A stretch of 52,694 bases of DNA from a bacterium (GTDB lineage Bacteria; Patescibacteriota; Minisyncoccia; UBA6257; Colwellbacteraceae), in assembly GCA_021787205.1 (NCBI GenBank), contig JAJYME010000002.1:1-52694 (forward strand), written 5' to 3'. The notes under the pieces were generated by a model. The model was not told where the DNA came from. It made no database searches and saw nothing but the letters and a program-made list of their open reading frames with translations. The position numbers and the translations under genes are program-made. Below, one piece after another: positions 18,777 to 28,689 of the stretch. Numbering within the stretch: the first letter of the stretch is position 1; each line of letters opens with the position of its first letter.

Positions 18777-19010
18777 ATGTTAACTTCTAAGTCAAAAGCG
18801 AAAATCATCAAGGAGAACCAAATCAACGAGAAGGACACCGGCTCCGCCAACGTCCAGATCGGAATCCTTACCAAGAGAATTGATGATCTCGCCGGTCATT
18901 TGAAAAAGAATCCTAAAGATGCCCATTCTCGCCGCGGACTTTTGAAAATGGTTTCCAAGCGCAGAAAATTGGAAAAGTATATCGATTCTTCTTCCAAAAA
19001 AACCAAATAA
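18777..19010 (+). CDS. rpsO: 30S ribosomal protein S15
   Basis: 77 aa. [49 protein letters not shown] is a typical S15 sequence. Confidence 0.93.
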   Translation: MLTSKSKAKIIKENQINEKDTGSANVQIGILTKRIDDLAGHLKKNPKDAHSRRGLLKMVSKRRKLEKYIDSSSKKTK

Positions 19011-19017
19011 CAAAAAT

Positions 19018-19048
19018 AAGACAGCCCGAAAAGGCTGTCTTATTTTTT
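19018..19048 (+). terminator. Bidirectional terminator (rpsO / recombinase)
   Basis: AAGACAGCC-CGAAAA-GGCTGTCTT followed by ATTTTTT. Confidence 0.8.
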
Positions 19049-19981
19049 CTCTTCCTCATCGTCGCGACGGGCGGCGTGGAATTGTTTATGGATGTCCCGA
19101 AGCTCAGTGTTCGTCAGATGGGTGTAAATCTGGGTGGTCTGGATATTCGAATGACCGAGCATTTCTTGGACGGAGCGGATATCGGCGCCATTTACCAGAA
19201 GGTCGGTGGCGAACAAATGTCTTAGGGTGTGAGGATGGACCCCTTTCGGAATGCCGGCGGCTTTGGCATAGCGTTCAATCATTCGCTGGACAGCCCGAGG
19301 GATGATCCTGCCAATCGCCTTTGGTTCGGCGGACTTGTCGTAGCTTACAAACATTGCCTCATCGGCATCGTTTCTTTTGTCCAAATATTCCCTGATCGCC
19401 TTTTTGGCGTCACCGGAGAGAAAGACGACCCGGGTGTGTCCGCCCTTACCGGTAATACTTAACTCACCACGATCAAGGTTGGTATAGCGATCCAAGGCGC
19501 AGAGTTCCGAAACACGAAGTCCGGTTGAAAAAAGCACTTCCAGAATGGCCTTGTCCCTCAGGGCCTTCAGATCAGTTCCTTTAGGCGCCTCAAGCAAACG
19601 CTCAAGATCTTCGTATTCGATAACATCAATCTGTCTATCGGGCATGACCGGCAAATCGATCTTTTCCGGAGACAAGACCGGCAAGTCCTGCTTGATGAGG
19701 AATCTCAGGAAGTTCCTGATGGCGATGATATAATACGCCTGGGTATTCTTCTTGAGGTCGGTCTTTTCCGCCAAATAAATCCTGAAAGCCCTGATCCTAG
19801 CATTCGTGATATCCTCGACGGATTTGATTTCCTGGTTCTCAATGAATTTAAGAAGGGCTCTCTCGTAGACTTTCTTAGTCCTGGGCGAACGGTTCTTCTC
19901 GATTTGCAAATAGTCAAAATAATCCTTGAGATGGGATCTTATATCTTTTTTCTCCACCAGATAATTATAACACTGTCGCAA
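19040..19981 (-). CDS. Tyrosine site-specific recombinase, XerC/XerD-like
   Basis: N-terminal SAM-like core-binding domain. Catalytic residues in GLRVSEL, HTLRHLFATDL, LGHSNIQTTQIYTHL. The ORF-track start is TTG at 19981. A GTG at 19955-19957, 6 nt after a TGTTATAAT box, is an alternative start. Confidence 0.85.
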   Translation of the reverse strand: MRQCYNYLVEKKDIRSHLKDYFDYLQIEKNRSPRTKKVYERALLKFIENQEIKSVEDITNARIRAFRIYLAEKTDLKKNTQAYYIIAIRNFLRFLIKQDLPVLSPEKIDLPVMPDRQIDVIEYEDLERLLEAPKGTDLKALRDKAILEVLFSTGLRVSELCALDRYTNLDRGELSITGKGGHTRVVFLSGDAKKAIREYLDKRNDADEAMFVSYDKSAEPKAIGRIIPRAVQRMIERYAKAAGIPKGVHPHTLRHLFATDLLVNGADIRSVQEMLGHSNIQTTQIYTHLTNTELRDIHKQFHAARRDDEEEKK

Positions 19982-19985
19982 AATA

Positions 19986-20009
19986 AAAACACCCGAAACG
20001 GGTGTTTTT
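19986..20009 (-). terminator. Intrinsic terminator after the pilin-like gene cluster
   Basis: AAAACACCC-GAAA-CGGGTGTTTT. Confidence 0.75.
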
Positions 20010-20016
20010 GAGTCGC

Positions 20017-20322
20017 TTATTTGATGAAGTTGGCGACAAAGGCAGGGATGGTCGCGGCGACAGCCATGACAGCGATGCCGATGACGGCGTAAATGATCTT
20101 GTTCTTGGCAGCTTCAACTTTCTTGGGGTCGCCAGCGGCGGTCAAGAATTGGAAACCAGCAAGGAGAATCATGATGACGACCAAGATTCCCAAAACCGCA
20201 AGAATAATGTTCTTAACGGCGGTCAATTTGTCGACGAGATAAGACTCAACTGGCTTATCGATGGTAACCTGGGTAATCTCCGCCATCGCAACCGGAACAA
20301 TTTCTTTAAATATGTTTGTCAT
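20017..20322 (-). CDS. VirB2/TrbC-like small pilin (type IV secretion-type pilin family), paralog 1
   Basis: 101 aa, two-TM hairpin with the shared motif AGFQFLTAAGDPKKVEAAK between the helices. Confidence 0.65.
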   Translation of the reverse strand: MTNIFKEIVPVAMAEITQVTIDKPVESYLVDKLTAVKNIILAVLGILVVIMILLAGFQFLTAAGDPKKVEAAKNKIIYAVIGIAVMAVAATIPAFVANFIK

Positions 20323-20381
20323 TTTATTATAACTTTGACTTTTGTTTGATTAATTTTATAAAAACCCTGGGAAAAAAGCAA

Positions 20382-20768
20382 TTAGGCGCCCAAGAAATTG
20401 GCAATAAGCTTCACTGCGGCGTTAGCAAGGAGGGCGACAGCAACACCAATAGTCGTCCATTTGATGGTATTCCAGCCGCTCTGAGTCTTCTTCGGATCCC
20501 CGCCTGAGGTGACTAATTGCCAGCCGGCATAAAGGTAAAAGATAGGAGCCAAGGCTAAAGTAATGGTGAAAACGAAGCTGCTGATCTTATCAAGCAACTC
20601 CTGGAGGGTGCTTGGACCGCTGGAACCAAGGGGGTTATTAAGCTGGATATTGCCCAGCTTGGCGGTTTGGGTCGTGGATTCAGCCGAAGCAGAATCCAGA
20701 GAAATGGCCGGCAGGACGGTAAGAACAAGAGCGGCGGCAATTAAGATTTTTGATAAGGTTTTTTTCAT
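20382..20768 (-). CDS. VirB2/TrbC-like small pilin, paralog 2 (with signal peptide)
   Basis: ATG at 20766-20768 (MKKTLSKILIAAALVLTVLPA). Motif AGWQLVTSGGDPKKTQS. The stop of paralog 3 abuts this start. Confidence 0.65.
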   Translation of the reverse strand: MKKTLSKILIAAALVLTVLPAISLDSASAESTTQTAKLGNIQLNNPLGSSGPSTLQELLDKISSFVFTITLALAPIFYLYAGWQLVTSGGDPKKTQSGWNTIKWTTIGVAVALLANAAVKLIANFLGA

Positions 20769-20769
20769 T

Positions 20770-21102
20770 TTATTGGATTGGATTAGAGGTCCCGGTGATT
20801 CCCAGGGCACCAATGATAATTTTGATAAGCAGACCGGCGCCATAAGCGATAAAGATGCCGATGACCGTCCCTTTGATGATTTCTTTGGCTGATTTTATCT
20901 TACTATCATTTCCGCCAGCGGTGACAAATTGGAATCCGGCGTAGACAATCATAATGGCGGCAAGAAGAGGGATAATGACGGTAAAGGCCAGATTAATGAC
21001 GTTTTGGACCACCTGGACAAGCTCACCCCAACCGGCCGTCAAAGGATCGAGACCCTGGGGGACGATTTGAGCGTTCGCCTTTGGAATTAGAAAATCGAAC
21101 AT
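20770..21102 (-). CDS. VirB2/TrbC-like small pilin, paralog 3
   Basis: 110 aa; motif AGFQFVTAGGNDSKIKSAK flanked by two hydrophobic helices. Confidence 0.65.
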   Translation of the reverse strand: MFDFLIPKANAQIVPQGLDPLTAGWGELVQVVQNVINLAFTVIIPLLAAIMIVYAGFQFVTAGGNDSKIKSAKEIIKGTVIGIFIAYGAGLLIKIIIGALGITGTSNPIQ

Positions 21103-21130
21103 TTGGTCAAATTATACAAAGAAACGCCCC

Positions 21131-21160
21131 AAAACACAAAATCCGCCCGGAGGGCGGATT
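21131..21160 (-). terminator. Intrinsic terminator of the SBP gene
   Basis: AATCCGCCC-GGAG-GGCGGATT with a minus-strand T-run. Confidence 0.75.
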
Positions 21161-21171
21161 ATTTGTTTGGC

Positions 21172-22362
21172 CTATAACGATCCAAGATCAGATTCGGCGC
21201 GGCGGAGAGCGTCCTCGATCTTATTGCTCGAGTTGGCATAGCCGATCATATCATCGAAAATCTTCTTAAGCTGGTCGGGGTCGGCTTGGGGCCATTGTCT
21301 CGCGATCAAGGATTGCTTAACAAAAACTCCATACTCTTTGGAATCGGAATAGAGTGAGATTAAAGAGCGAAGGGCCGGAGGGCGATTGGCCGCCAAGTCG
21401 AACTTTTCGGCGACAGCTTGAGTAGTCGTGATGTAGGAAACCAATTTCCATGCAGCGACAGGATTCTGTGACTTATTCGAAACGGCAAGACCGTAATAAT
21501 CGGCGATGACCGCGGGAGAGTCAGAGTTGAATTGAGGCAGGGGCGCATAGCCGAAATTAAGAGTCGGGTTCTGGGCATGGATCAATTTGCTGGCCGATTG
21601 GAAATCAAAAATGATATCGTTCTTTTCGGCGGTAAAATCATTGATCGAGCCAGCGCTCTTCGAAGAGTCGAACTTGGTGTAAAAACCAAGCGCCGTCTGG
21701 CCTTCGCTCCCGGAGAGACGAACCGCTCCCAGGGCGGGTTTCAAGCCGTTCTGCATCATCATCGACATAAGAATCTCCTTGGCCCTGGGGATAATGTCAC
21801 TCTTTTCACCCAAAGAGACAATGAGTCTCTTTTTTCTGACTTGAGTTTCAAGCTCATCCCAAGTTTTCGGAGGCAGAGCAACTCCCTTCCTATCAAGAGA
21901 GTCTCTATTGTAAATAAGAGACAGCGTGTCCAAATAAAGAGGCAGGGCATAAACCTTTCCAGAATCGGAAAAATCCGAGGCGACGATCTGCGGATACAGG
22001 GTGTCAAGCTTCGAAGCCGGGACTATTTCCGAGGGAGCCGGGACAATCTTGTTCTTGTGTTGGTTCAACCAATCCGAATGAAACATGAAGATGTCCGGGC
22101 CGTTGCCGGCAGCCAGAGCATCGACTAATTTTTTTTCATAACCGGACTCGTCGATCTTTTCATATTTGATCTTAACGCCCTTATTGACGTCGGAATAGTC
22201 GGCAAAAATGCCGCGGAAGGAGCTTTCATCTTCAGTCCCCCAAACGGTGAGGTTAACTTTTTGGGATCCTTCCTTTATGCCAAAGCCGCCAAAAACGACA
22301 GCTAGGACAAAAATAACAATAAAGCCAACGATGGCTAAAATTATCGCCTGGTTCTTAGACAT
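21172..22362 (-). CDS. Extracellular solute-binding protein (ABC-type, family 1, sugar-like), membrane-anchored
   Basis: ATG at 22360-22362 (MSKNQAIILAIVGFIVIFVLAVVF anchor). Overall SBP_bac_1-like pattern (VWGTEDES..., DIFMFHSDWL...). No adjacent permease or ATPase genes. Confidence 0.7.
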   Translation of the reverse strand: MSKNQAIILAIVGFIVIFVLAVVFGGFGIKEGSQKVNLTVWGTEDESSFRGIFADYSDVNKGVKIKYEKIDESGYEKKLVDALAAGNGPDIFMFHSDWLNQHKNKIVPAPSEIVPASKLDTLYPQIVASDFSDSGKVYALPLYLDTLSLIYNRDSLDRKGVALPPKTWDELETQVRKKRLIVSLGEKSDIIPRAKEILMSMMMQNGLKPALGAVRLSGSEGQTALGFYTKFDSSKSAGSINDFTAEKNDIIFDFQSASKLIHAQNPTLNFGYAPLPQFNSDSPAVIADYYGLAVSNKSQNPVAAWKLVSYITTTQAVAEKFDLAANRPPALRSLISLYSDSKEYGVFVKQSLIARQWPQADPDQLKKIFDDMIGYANSSNKIEDALRRAESDLGSL

Positions 22363-22475
22363 TCTGTTTGTTTTTGAGTTATACCACAAAATTACCCAAT
22401 AATCCATAAAAAGAATCTGAAGTTAATGATCCCTTGCGATGAGACGGAGGCTCGGTCTCGTCAAAGCGACGCGGT

Positions 22476-22509
22476 CAAAAAAATAAAACCGCTCCTTTCG
22501 GATGCGGTT
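22476..22509 (-). terminator. Intrinsic terminator of gyrA
   Basis: AACCGCTCC-TTTC-GGATGCGGTT with a minus-strand T-run. Confidence 0.75.
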
Positions 22510-22522
22510 CTATTTATAAAAA

Positions 22523-24949
22523 TCAGAAACAAGTGACTCCGGCAACTTTGTCGCCATCGTCCAGATCAATGATCCTGACACCTTGGGCGGAACGGGAAGT
22601 GATCCTGACCGACTTAACATCAGTGCGAAGAATCTGCCCCTTGACTGAGATGACGACCAAGTCAGCCGAGTCATCGCCAATTACGTGGGAGGAAATAAGC
22701 TTTCCCGTCTTCTCAGTGATATCGGCGGTAATGATTCCCTTGCCACCGCGAGTCTGAGTCTTATATTCGGACAAGACGGTACGCTTAGCGTAGCCGTTAT
22801 CCATGATATTCAAGAACATCGCCCCCTTGGCTTCCGGCGGGATGATGTCAAAAGCGGTAACCTTATCCTTCGAACCCAAAGTGATAGCCTTGACGCCGGA
22901 AGCGGCGCGAGACATCGGACGGACATCCGATTCTTTGAACCTGATGCTCAATCCCTCCTTGGTAGCAAGGATGCAGTCGTCCTTGCCTGATGAGAGGCGG
23001 ACGGCAACCAAGCTGTCGCCAGGCTTAAGGTTGACGGCGATAATGCCGCTGCGTCTGACGTTCGCGAAGTCCTTGAGGGCGGTCTTCTTGATGACACCAC
23101 TCGAGGTTACCATTATCAGATAGCCTGGAGCCGCCTTCTTGGCATTGGAGTAAGAGATGATGGCTGAGATCTTCTCGTCGGCCGGGATTTCCAAAAAGCC
23201 GTGGATTGCCTTTCCTTTGGCGGTGCGACTGCCGACCGGGATTTCATAAACCTTGGTTTGGAAGACCTTGCCACTGCCGGTAAAGAAGAGGATATTGTCA
23301 TGGGTATTACCCGAGACAAAGTGGGAAACCACATCTTCTTCGCCAACGTCGGAGCCGATAACTCCCTTTCCGCCGCGATGCTGGGTGCGGATTGTCTGCG
23401 GAGGAAGACGCTTGATATAACCGCTCATCGAGAGGGTAATCAAAGCCTCTTCTTCAGGAATCAAATCCTCATCCTTGAAGTCAGTAAGACCATAGGGAAC
23501 GACTTTTGTTCGGCGCTCATCGCCATACTTTTCCTTAATCTCGATAAACTCATCCTTGATAAGGGCAAGCATCTTCTTCTGGCTTGCCAAGAGTTCTTCG
23601 AGTTCCTTGATAATCCTTCTCTTCTCGGCGAGTTCGTCCTCTATCTTGCCCCGCTCCAAAGCGGCCAACATATAAAGTTTCATCTCGGAGATCGCCTCCG
23701 CTTGAAGCTCGGTAAAGTCGAACTTCTTGATCAAGTTAGCCTTAGCGTCAGCCTTGTCATTCGATTTCTTGATGGTCGCAATGACTTCATCGATGATATC
23801 GATGGCTTTAGCCAAACCTTCGAGAATGTGGGCGCGAGCCTTGGCCTTATTAAGATCAAATTCAGCGCGGCGACGGACAACTTCCCTTCTGTGGTTGATA
23901 TGAGCTACTAAAATATCCTTCAAGGACATCACCTCCGGTTGGATGCCGCCAGAAAGGGCAATCATATTCATATGGAAGTCTTTCTGAAGATCGGTGAAAT
24001 TGAAAAGCTGGTTCAAGACCTTCTGAGGGATGGCATCATTCTTAAGATCGATGACGATCCTGATTTGTTTATCAGACTCATCCCTGATATCCCTGATGCC
24101 CTCGATCCTTTTCTCTTGGACCAAAGAGGCCATCTTGATGATGAGCTCTGACTTGTTGACTTGGTAAGGGATTTCAGAAATGATAATCTGCTTTTCCAAA
24201 ACCTCAGCGACGCCACGCATTGTGATCTTCCCTCTTCCGGCAGCATAAGCTTCGGCGATAGCCTTCTTATCAAAGATGATGCCGCCAGTCGGAAAGTCAG
24301 GACCTTTGACAAACTCCATCAACTCGAGAGTCGAAGCCTCAGGATTGTCGATGAGATGGATGGAGGCATCCAAGACCTCGGTCAGATTATGAGGCGGGAT
24401 ATTGGTTGCCATACCGACGGCGATTCCCACCGTGCCGTTGAGCAAGAGGTGGGGAAGCTTCGCCGGAACAACCATCGGCTCCTTGTGGGCGCCATCGTAG
24501 TTAGGAATGAAGTTAACCGTATCTTTCTCGATATCCAAAAGCATTTCTTCGGCGATCTTCGAAAGCTTGGCCTCGGTATACCTCATGGCCGCCGCCCCGT
24601 CACCGTCAATCGAACCGAAGTTTCCTTGGCCGTGGACCAAGGGATAGCGGACGGAAAAATCTTGAGCCAGACGGACCATGGCGTCATAAACCGCCACATC
24701 GCCGTGAGGATGGTATTTACCCAAAACTTCTCCGACGACGTTCGCCGACTTCCTGAACTTGGCGCTCGAGGTGAGACCGGTATTCCACATGGCCCAAAGG
24801 ATTCTCCTCTGGACCGGCTTCAAGCCATCCCTGACATCAGGCAGGGCGCGTTCGACGATGACCGACATCGCGTAGGTGAGGTAAGATTCCCTCATTTCCT
24901 CGGTAATCTCGGTCGGAATTATTCCTTTTTTGTAATTCTGGTCTTCCAT
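22523..24949 (-). CDS. gyrA: DNA gyrase subunit A
   Basis: 808 aa. [17 protein letters not shown], active-site [10 protein letters not shown], and a C-terminal beta-pinwheel with a QTRGGKG GyrA-box-like motif. Confidence 0.97.
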   Translation of the reverse strand: MEDQNYKKGIIPTEITEEMRESYLTYAMSVIVERALPDVRDGLKPVQRRILWAMWNTGLTSSAKFRKSANVVGEVLGKYHPHGDVAVYDAMVRLAQDFSVRYPLVHGQGNFGSIDGDGAAAMRYTEAKLSKIAEEMLLDIEKDTVNFIPNYDGAHKEPMVVPAKLPHLLLNGTVGIAVGMATNIPPHNLTEVLDASIHLIDNPEASTLELMEFVKGPDFPTGGIIFDKKAIAEAYAAGRGKITMRGVAEVLEKQIIISEIPYQVNKSELIIKMASLVQEKRIEGIRDIRDESDKQIRIVIDLKNDAIPQKVLNQLFNFTDLQKDFHMNMIALSGGIQPEVMSLKDILVAHINHRREVVRRRAEFDLNKAKARAHILEGLAKAIDIIDEVIATIKKSNDKADAKANLIKKFDFTELQAEAISEMKLYMLAALERGKIEDELAEKRRIIKELEELLASQKKMLALIKDEFIEIKEKYGDERRTKVVPYGLTDFKDEDLIPEEEALITLSMSGYIKRLPPQTIRTQHRGGKGVIGSDVGEEDVVSHFVSGNTHDNILFFTGSGKVFQTKVYEIPVGSRTAKGKAIHGFLEIPADEKISAIISYSNAKKAAPGYLIMVTSSGVIKKTALKDFANVRRSGIIAVNLKPGDSLVAVRLSSGKDDCILATKEGLSIRFKESDVRPMSRAASGVKAITLGSKDKVTAFDIIPPEAKGAMFLNIMDNGYAKRTVLSEYKTQTRGGKGIITADITEKTGKLISSHVIGDDSADLVVISVKGQILRTDVKSVRITSRSAQGVRIIDLDDGDKVAGVTCF

Positions 24950-24951
24950 AA

Positions 24952-25503
24952 TTATTTATTCAAAATGACGACTTTGGTGTTTTCCATCCCCTCCAAATCC
25001 TTTTTCTTAATGACCAATTTTTCCTCCGGTTCGACGGTCTGACCGAAATCGGTGGCAAATTTCTTCTGATTGCCATCGGCCGGGATGACAATTTTCGGAC
25101 CGATGCGTTTGGTGAACTTGATTCCAAACTCATTGCCGGGAACGACCAAGATATCAACATCAGACAGAATATCCGCTGCCTCCTCCGAAAGCATCTCGGA
25201 TGACATCGGAATCAATCCGAATTTGATATCTTCAAAAATTATCTTGTAGGCGGTGATGATCTTATCCTTTTCCTCCGTCTCCTTCTGGCCTCTGACTTTG
25301 ACTCCTTGGAATTCGTATTCACCGGGACCCAAAATCACATGGTCTTCCTTATTATTGATGGCTTCCTCCAGGTCAGATTCAGTCTTCACAAAAAGATCTC
25401 CCTTCAGACGGCCGCCGGATGCAGAAGAATCAGCATCGGTGATGACGGCAAAATCAGGGGTAGCAATTTTAAAGCAACTCCCTCCGTACCAATTGATAAT
25501 CAT
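24952..25503 (-). CDS. Small metallo-beta-lactamase-fold-like protein (UPF0173-like), function unknown
   Basis: 183 aa; [14 protein letters not shown]-terminus typical of MBL-fold hydrolases, but no HxHxDH motif. Its stop lies 2 nt from the gyrA start, which suggests an operon. Confidence 0.45.
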   Translation of the reverse strand: MIINWYGGSCFKIATPDFAVITDADSSASGGRLKGDLFVKTESDLEEAINNKEDHVILGPGEYEFQGVKVRGQKETEEKDKIITAYKIIFEDIKFGLIPMSSEMLSEEAADILSDVDILVVPGNEFGIKFTKRIGPKIVIPADGNQKKFATDFGQTVEPEEKLVIKKKDLEGMENTKVVILNK

Positions 25504-25716
25504 GAGATAATGATAACAAAAACAAAAATCGAAAAAAAGGGCAATTTTACGCCAAAGCGGGGAAAACTTGACAAGATGTTTATCGTTGTTGCCATTCTGG
25601 AGCGGTTATTGCCGCCTCAGCAAGGGAGATCTCTAAAAAGAGGAGTAAAAAAACCGCATCAGCTCTTGTGTTTTGCAATTTTTTTTACTATCATAACGAT
25701 ATATTAAAAAAGTCAA

Positions 25717-26781
25717 ATGGATATTATCGCTCAGTTAATAAAAACCCGCCCCGATATTCTTCCTATTTTAAAGAAAGGAGAAATCGTCGAGGCAAAACTC
25801 ATAGAGAAGACTCCGAAGAAAGCTTATTTTGAGATCTCCCACGTCGGAACCGGAATCGTTTACGGACGCGAAATGATCAACGGACGCGATGTCATCAAGA
25901 ATCTTGAAGTCGGAGAAACCGTCTCTGCCAAGATCGTCGATCCTGAGAATAAAGACGGATACGTCGAACTCTCCCTTACCGAAGCCGACAAGCAAAAGGC
26001 TTGGACCTTAATAAAGGAAGCCCAGGAAAAAGACGAGCCGATCAAAGCGAAGATCGCCGGCGCCAATTCAGGAGGACTTCTTGTCGAATTATTCGATGTC
26101 AGAGGTTTTCTCCCTGTCTCCCAACTCTCAACCGAACACTATCCCCGAACCGCCGAGAATACCAAGGAGCAGACTACTGAAGAGCTTCAAAAGCTCGTCG
26201 GTCAGGAATTCGATGTCAAAATCTTGAGCATCAACCCGAGGACCAACAAACTCATCCTTTCCGAAAAGGAAGTCATGAGTCAGAACGTCAAAGATTTGAT
26301 CAACCAATACAAGCCGGGCGACGTTGTCACCGGAATCATTTCGGGATTGGCCAATTTCGGAGCGTTCATCCGCTTCGCTGACAATCCGGAAGTTGAAGGA
26401 TTGATCCACATTTCCGAGCTCGGACACAAGCTTATTGACTCACCGAAAGAAATCGTTTCCATCGGCGATATGGTAAAAGCCCAGATCATCGACATCAAGG
26501 ACAACAAGATTTCCTTGTCACTCAAAGTTCTCCAAGAAGATCCTTGGAAGGATATCGAGAAACAATTCAAAGTCAAAGACGTCGTCTCAGGACAGGTTTA
26601 CAAATTCAATCCGTTTGGCGCTTTCATCAAATTGAACGAGGACATTGTCGGACTCATCCACGTTTCCGAATTTGCCTCCCCCGAAGAGATGAAATCAAAA
26701 CTTACCTTGAACGAAAAATACAATTTTGTAATTGACGCGATCAAGCCGGAAGAAAGAAGAATAATCTTGAAGTTAAAATAA
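25717..26781 (+). CDS. rpsA: 30S ribosomal protein S1 (short form, four S1 domains)
   Basis: Four repeats of the S1 OB-fold pattern (GxxVxGxV...GAFIxL...GLIHISE). Confidence 0.85.
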   Translation: MDIIAQLIKTRPDILPILKKGEIVEAKLIEKTPKKAYFEISHVGTGIVYGREMINGRDVIKNLEVGETVSAKIVDPENKDGYVELSLTEADKQKAWTLIKEAQEKDEPIKAKIAGANSGGLLVELFDVRGFLPVSQLSTEHYPRTAENTKEQTTEELQKLVGQEFDVKILSINPRTNKLILSEKEVMSQNVKDLINQYKPGDVVTGIISGLANFGAFIRFADNPEVEGLIHISELGHKLIDSPKEIVSIGDMVKAQIIDIKDNKISLSLKVLQEDPWKDIEKQFKVKDVVSGQVYKFNPFGAFIKLNEDIVGLIHVSEFASPEEMKSKLTLNEKYNFVIDAIKPEERRIILKLK

Positions 26782-26795
26782 TCAATTAAGAAATA

Positions 26796-28625
26796 ATGGC
26801 GAAACTTATAAAAAGGTTCGCGTGGATCGCCCTGGCAATAATTGTCATGGCGATTCTTTTTTCAGGAGCGGCAGCATTGAATCAGAGCCAGGAGCTGCCG
26901 TTGAATGAACTAGCGAACAAAATAGAAGAAGGCGCAGTTAAGAACATGACCGTCACCAACGACGGGATCATAAAGGCGGAGCTGACGGACGGGACAAAAA
27001 TAAAATCCAGCAAGGAGCCGGGGGCTGGACTGACTGACAGCTTGAAAAACTACGGCGTCACCCCGGAACAACTGAAAGGCGTGCCGATGACCGTGACTGA
27101 TTCAACCATAGAGATGATCCTTTTGGCATATGTCCTCCCGACTCTCCTTCCGATACTGGTAATAATCATAATCATCGGATTTATGATGAGAAAACAAGGA
27201 GGAGGAGCCCAGGCCCTTTCTTTTGGAAAATCGAACCTGAAACTTTTTACCTCATTTAAGGAAAAAATCACTTTTAAAGACGTCGCCGGCTTGAACGAGG
27301 CCAAACAAGAGCTTGAGGAGGTGGTGGACTTTTTGAAGAATCCTGAGAAGTACGAAGAACTAGGAGCGAAGATTCCGAGAGGAGTCCTCTTAATGGGGAA
27401 TCCAGGATGCGGCAAAACATTGATGGCGAGAGCGGTGGCCGGAGAAGCCGGAGTGCCCTTCTTCCATATCTCCGCCTCCGAATTCGTCGAGATGTTTGTC
27501 GGAGTCGGCGCTTCCCGAACCAGGGATGCTTTCAAAACTGCCAAGTCGGCGGCACCATCCATCCTCTTCATCGACGAGATTGATGCCATCGGCAGGGAAC
27601 GCGGAACGGGAATGGGCGGGGGCCATGATGAAAGAGAGCAGACCCTGAACCAGATATTGGTTGAAATGGACGGATTTGAAAGGGGTGAAAACGTGATAGT
27701 CCTCGCCGCCACCAACAGACCCGATGTCTTAGACCCAGCCCTCTTGCGTCCGGGAAGATTTGACCGAAGGGTCGTTCTCGACTTGCCCGATATAAAGGAG
27801 CGAGAAGAGATATTGAAGATACACGCCAAAGGAAAACCGCTCAGCGAAGATGTCGAGTTGAAAAAGATTGCCGTCAGAACCCCAGGATTCTCCGGAGCCG
27901 ATCTGGCCAACATCGTGAATGAAGCCGCCATCGCCGCCGCAAGAGACGGGAAGAAGAAAATCGACCAAGAGTCCCTTTATGACGCAATTGAAAAGGTAAT
28001 CTTGGGACCGGCCAGAAAAAGCAAAGTCATCTCTGATAAAGAGAAGAAGATTGTCGCCTATCATGAAGCCGGACACGCGCTCGTCGCCGCCGCCTTACCT
28101 GATGCCGATCCCGTCCACAAGGTTTCCGCCATCAGCCGAGGCAGGGCTGGAGGATACACGATGCAACTGCCGATCGAGGAGATAAGGCTTAAAACCAAAA
28201 AGCAGCTCCTAGCGGAACTGAGCTCCTTAGTCGGAGGTTATGCCGCCGAAGAGACCGTCTTTAACGACATCTCGACCGGGGCTTCAAGCGATTTGCAAAG
28301 AGTTTCTGAAATTGCCCGCGCCGTCGTCACCAAGTTTGGAATGAGCGACAAGCTGGGGCCCCTGACTTACGGAGAAACCCAGGAGATGGTTTACATGGGA
28401 AGGGAGATAACCGAAAGAAATTATTCCGACGAGACCGCCAGCCTGATCGACAGCGAGATAAAGAAACTGGCGGAGAACGCCCATACCAAAGCCAAAGAGA
28501 TTTTGAGCGAATACAAGGACGCCTTAAAAGCGATCGCTGAAGCCTTGATCGAAAAAGAAACTTTGGAACAGGATGATTTCTACGCCTTGATCGAGCCTTT
28601 TGGCTTGAAAAAGCAAGAAAATTAA
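26796..28625 (+). CDS. ftsH: ATP-dependent zinc metalloprotease FtsH
   Basis: Two N-terminal TM segments, Walker A GNPGCGKTLMARAVAGE, Walker B ILFIDEIDA, SRH region, HEAGHAL zinc motif. Confidence 0.96.
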   Translation: MAKLIKRFAWIALAIIVMAILFSGAAALNQSQELPLNELANKIEEGAVKNMTVTNDGIIKAELTDGTKIKSSKEPGAGLTDSLKNYGVTPEQLKGVPMTVTDSTIEMILLAYVLPTLLPILVIIIIIGFMMRKQGGGAQALSFGKSNLKLFTSFKEKITFKDVAGLNEAKQELEEVVDFLKNPEKYEELGAKIPRGVLLMGNPGCGKTLMARAVAGEAGVPFFHISASEFVEMFVGVGASRTRDAFKTAKSAAPSILFIDEIDAIGRERGTGMGGGHDEREQTLNQILVEMDGFERGENVIVLAATNRPDVLDPALLRPGRFDRRVVLDLPDIKEREEILKIHAKGKPLSEDVELKKIAVRTPGFSGADLANIVNEAAIAAARDGKKKIDQESLYDAIEKVILGPARKSKVISDKEKKIVAYHEAGHALVAAALPDADPVHKVSAISRGRAGGYTMQLPIEEIRLKTKKQLLAELSSLVGGYAAEETVFNDISTGASSDLQRVSEIARAVVTKFGMSDKLGPLTYGETQEMVYMGREITERNYSDETASLIDSEIKKLAENAHTKAKEILSEYKDALKAIAEALIEKETLEQDDFYALIEPFGLKKQEN

Positions 28626-28689
28626 AGCTATAATAGACATATTCCGAAAAAGTCGGGCTCTCCCACTTTTCCCGACTTCTTTGGAATGC

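Noticed and set aside
9405-21160. Apparent dispersed repeat family AAAATCCGCC-N4-6-GGCGGATTTT (9411, 10819, 21137) and AAACCGCC...GGCGGTTT (39489, 40212, 42657)
   Set aside because: Each copy sits exactly at a gene 3' end with a T-run. Similarity is limited to the GC clamp plus A/T flanks, so these are generic intrinsic terminators rather than a REP/MITE family.
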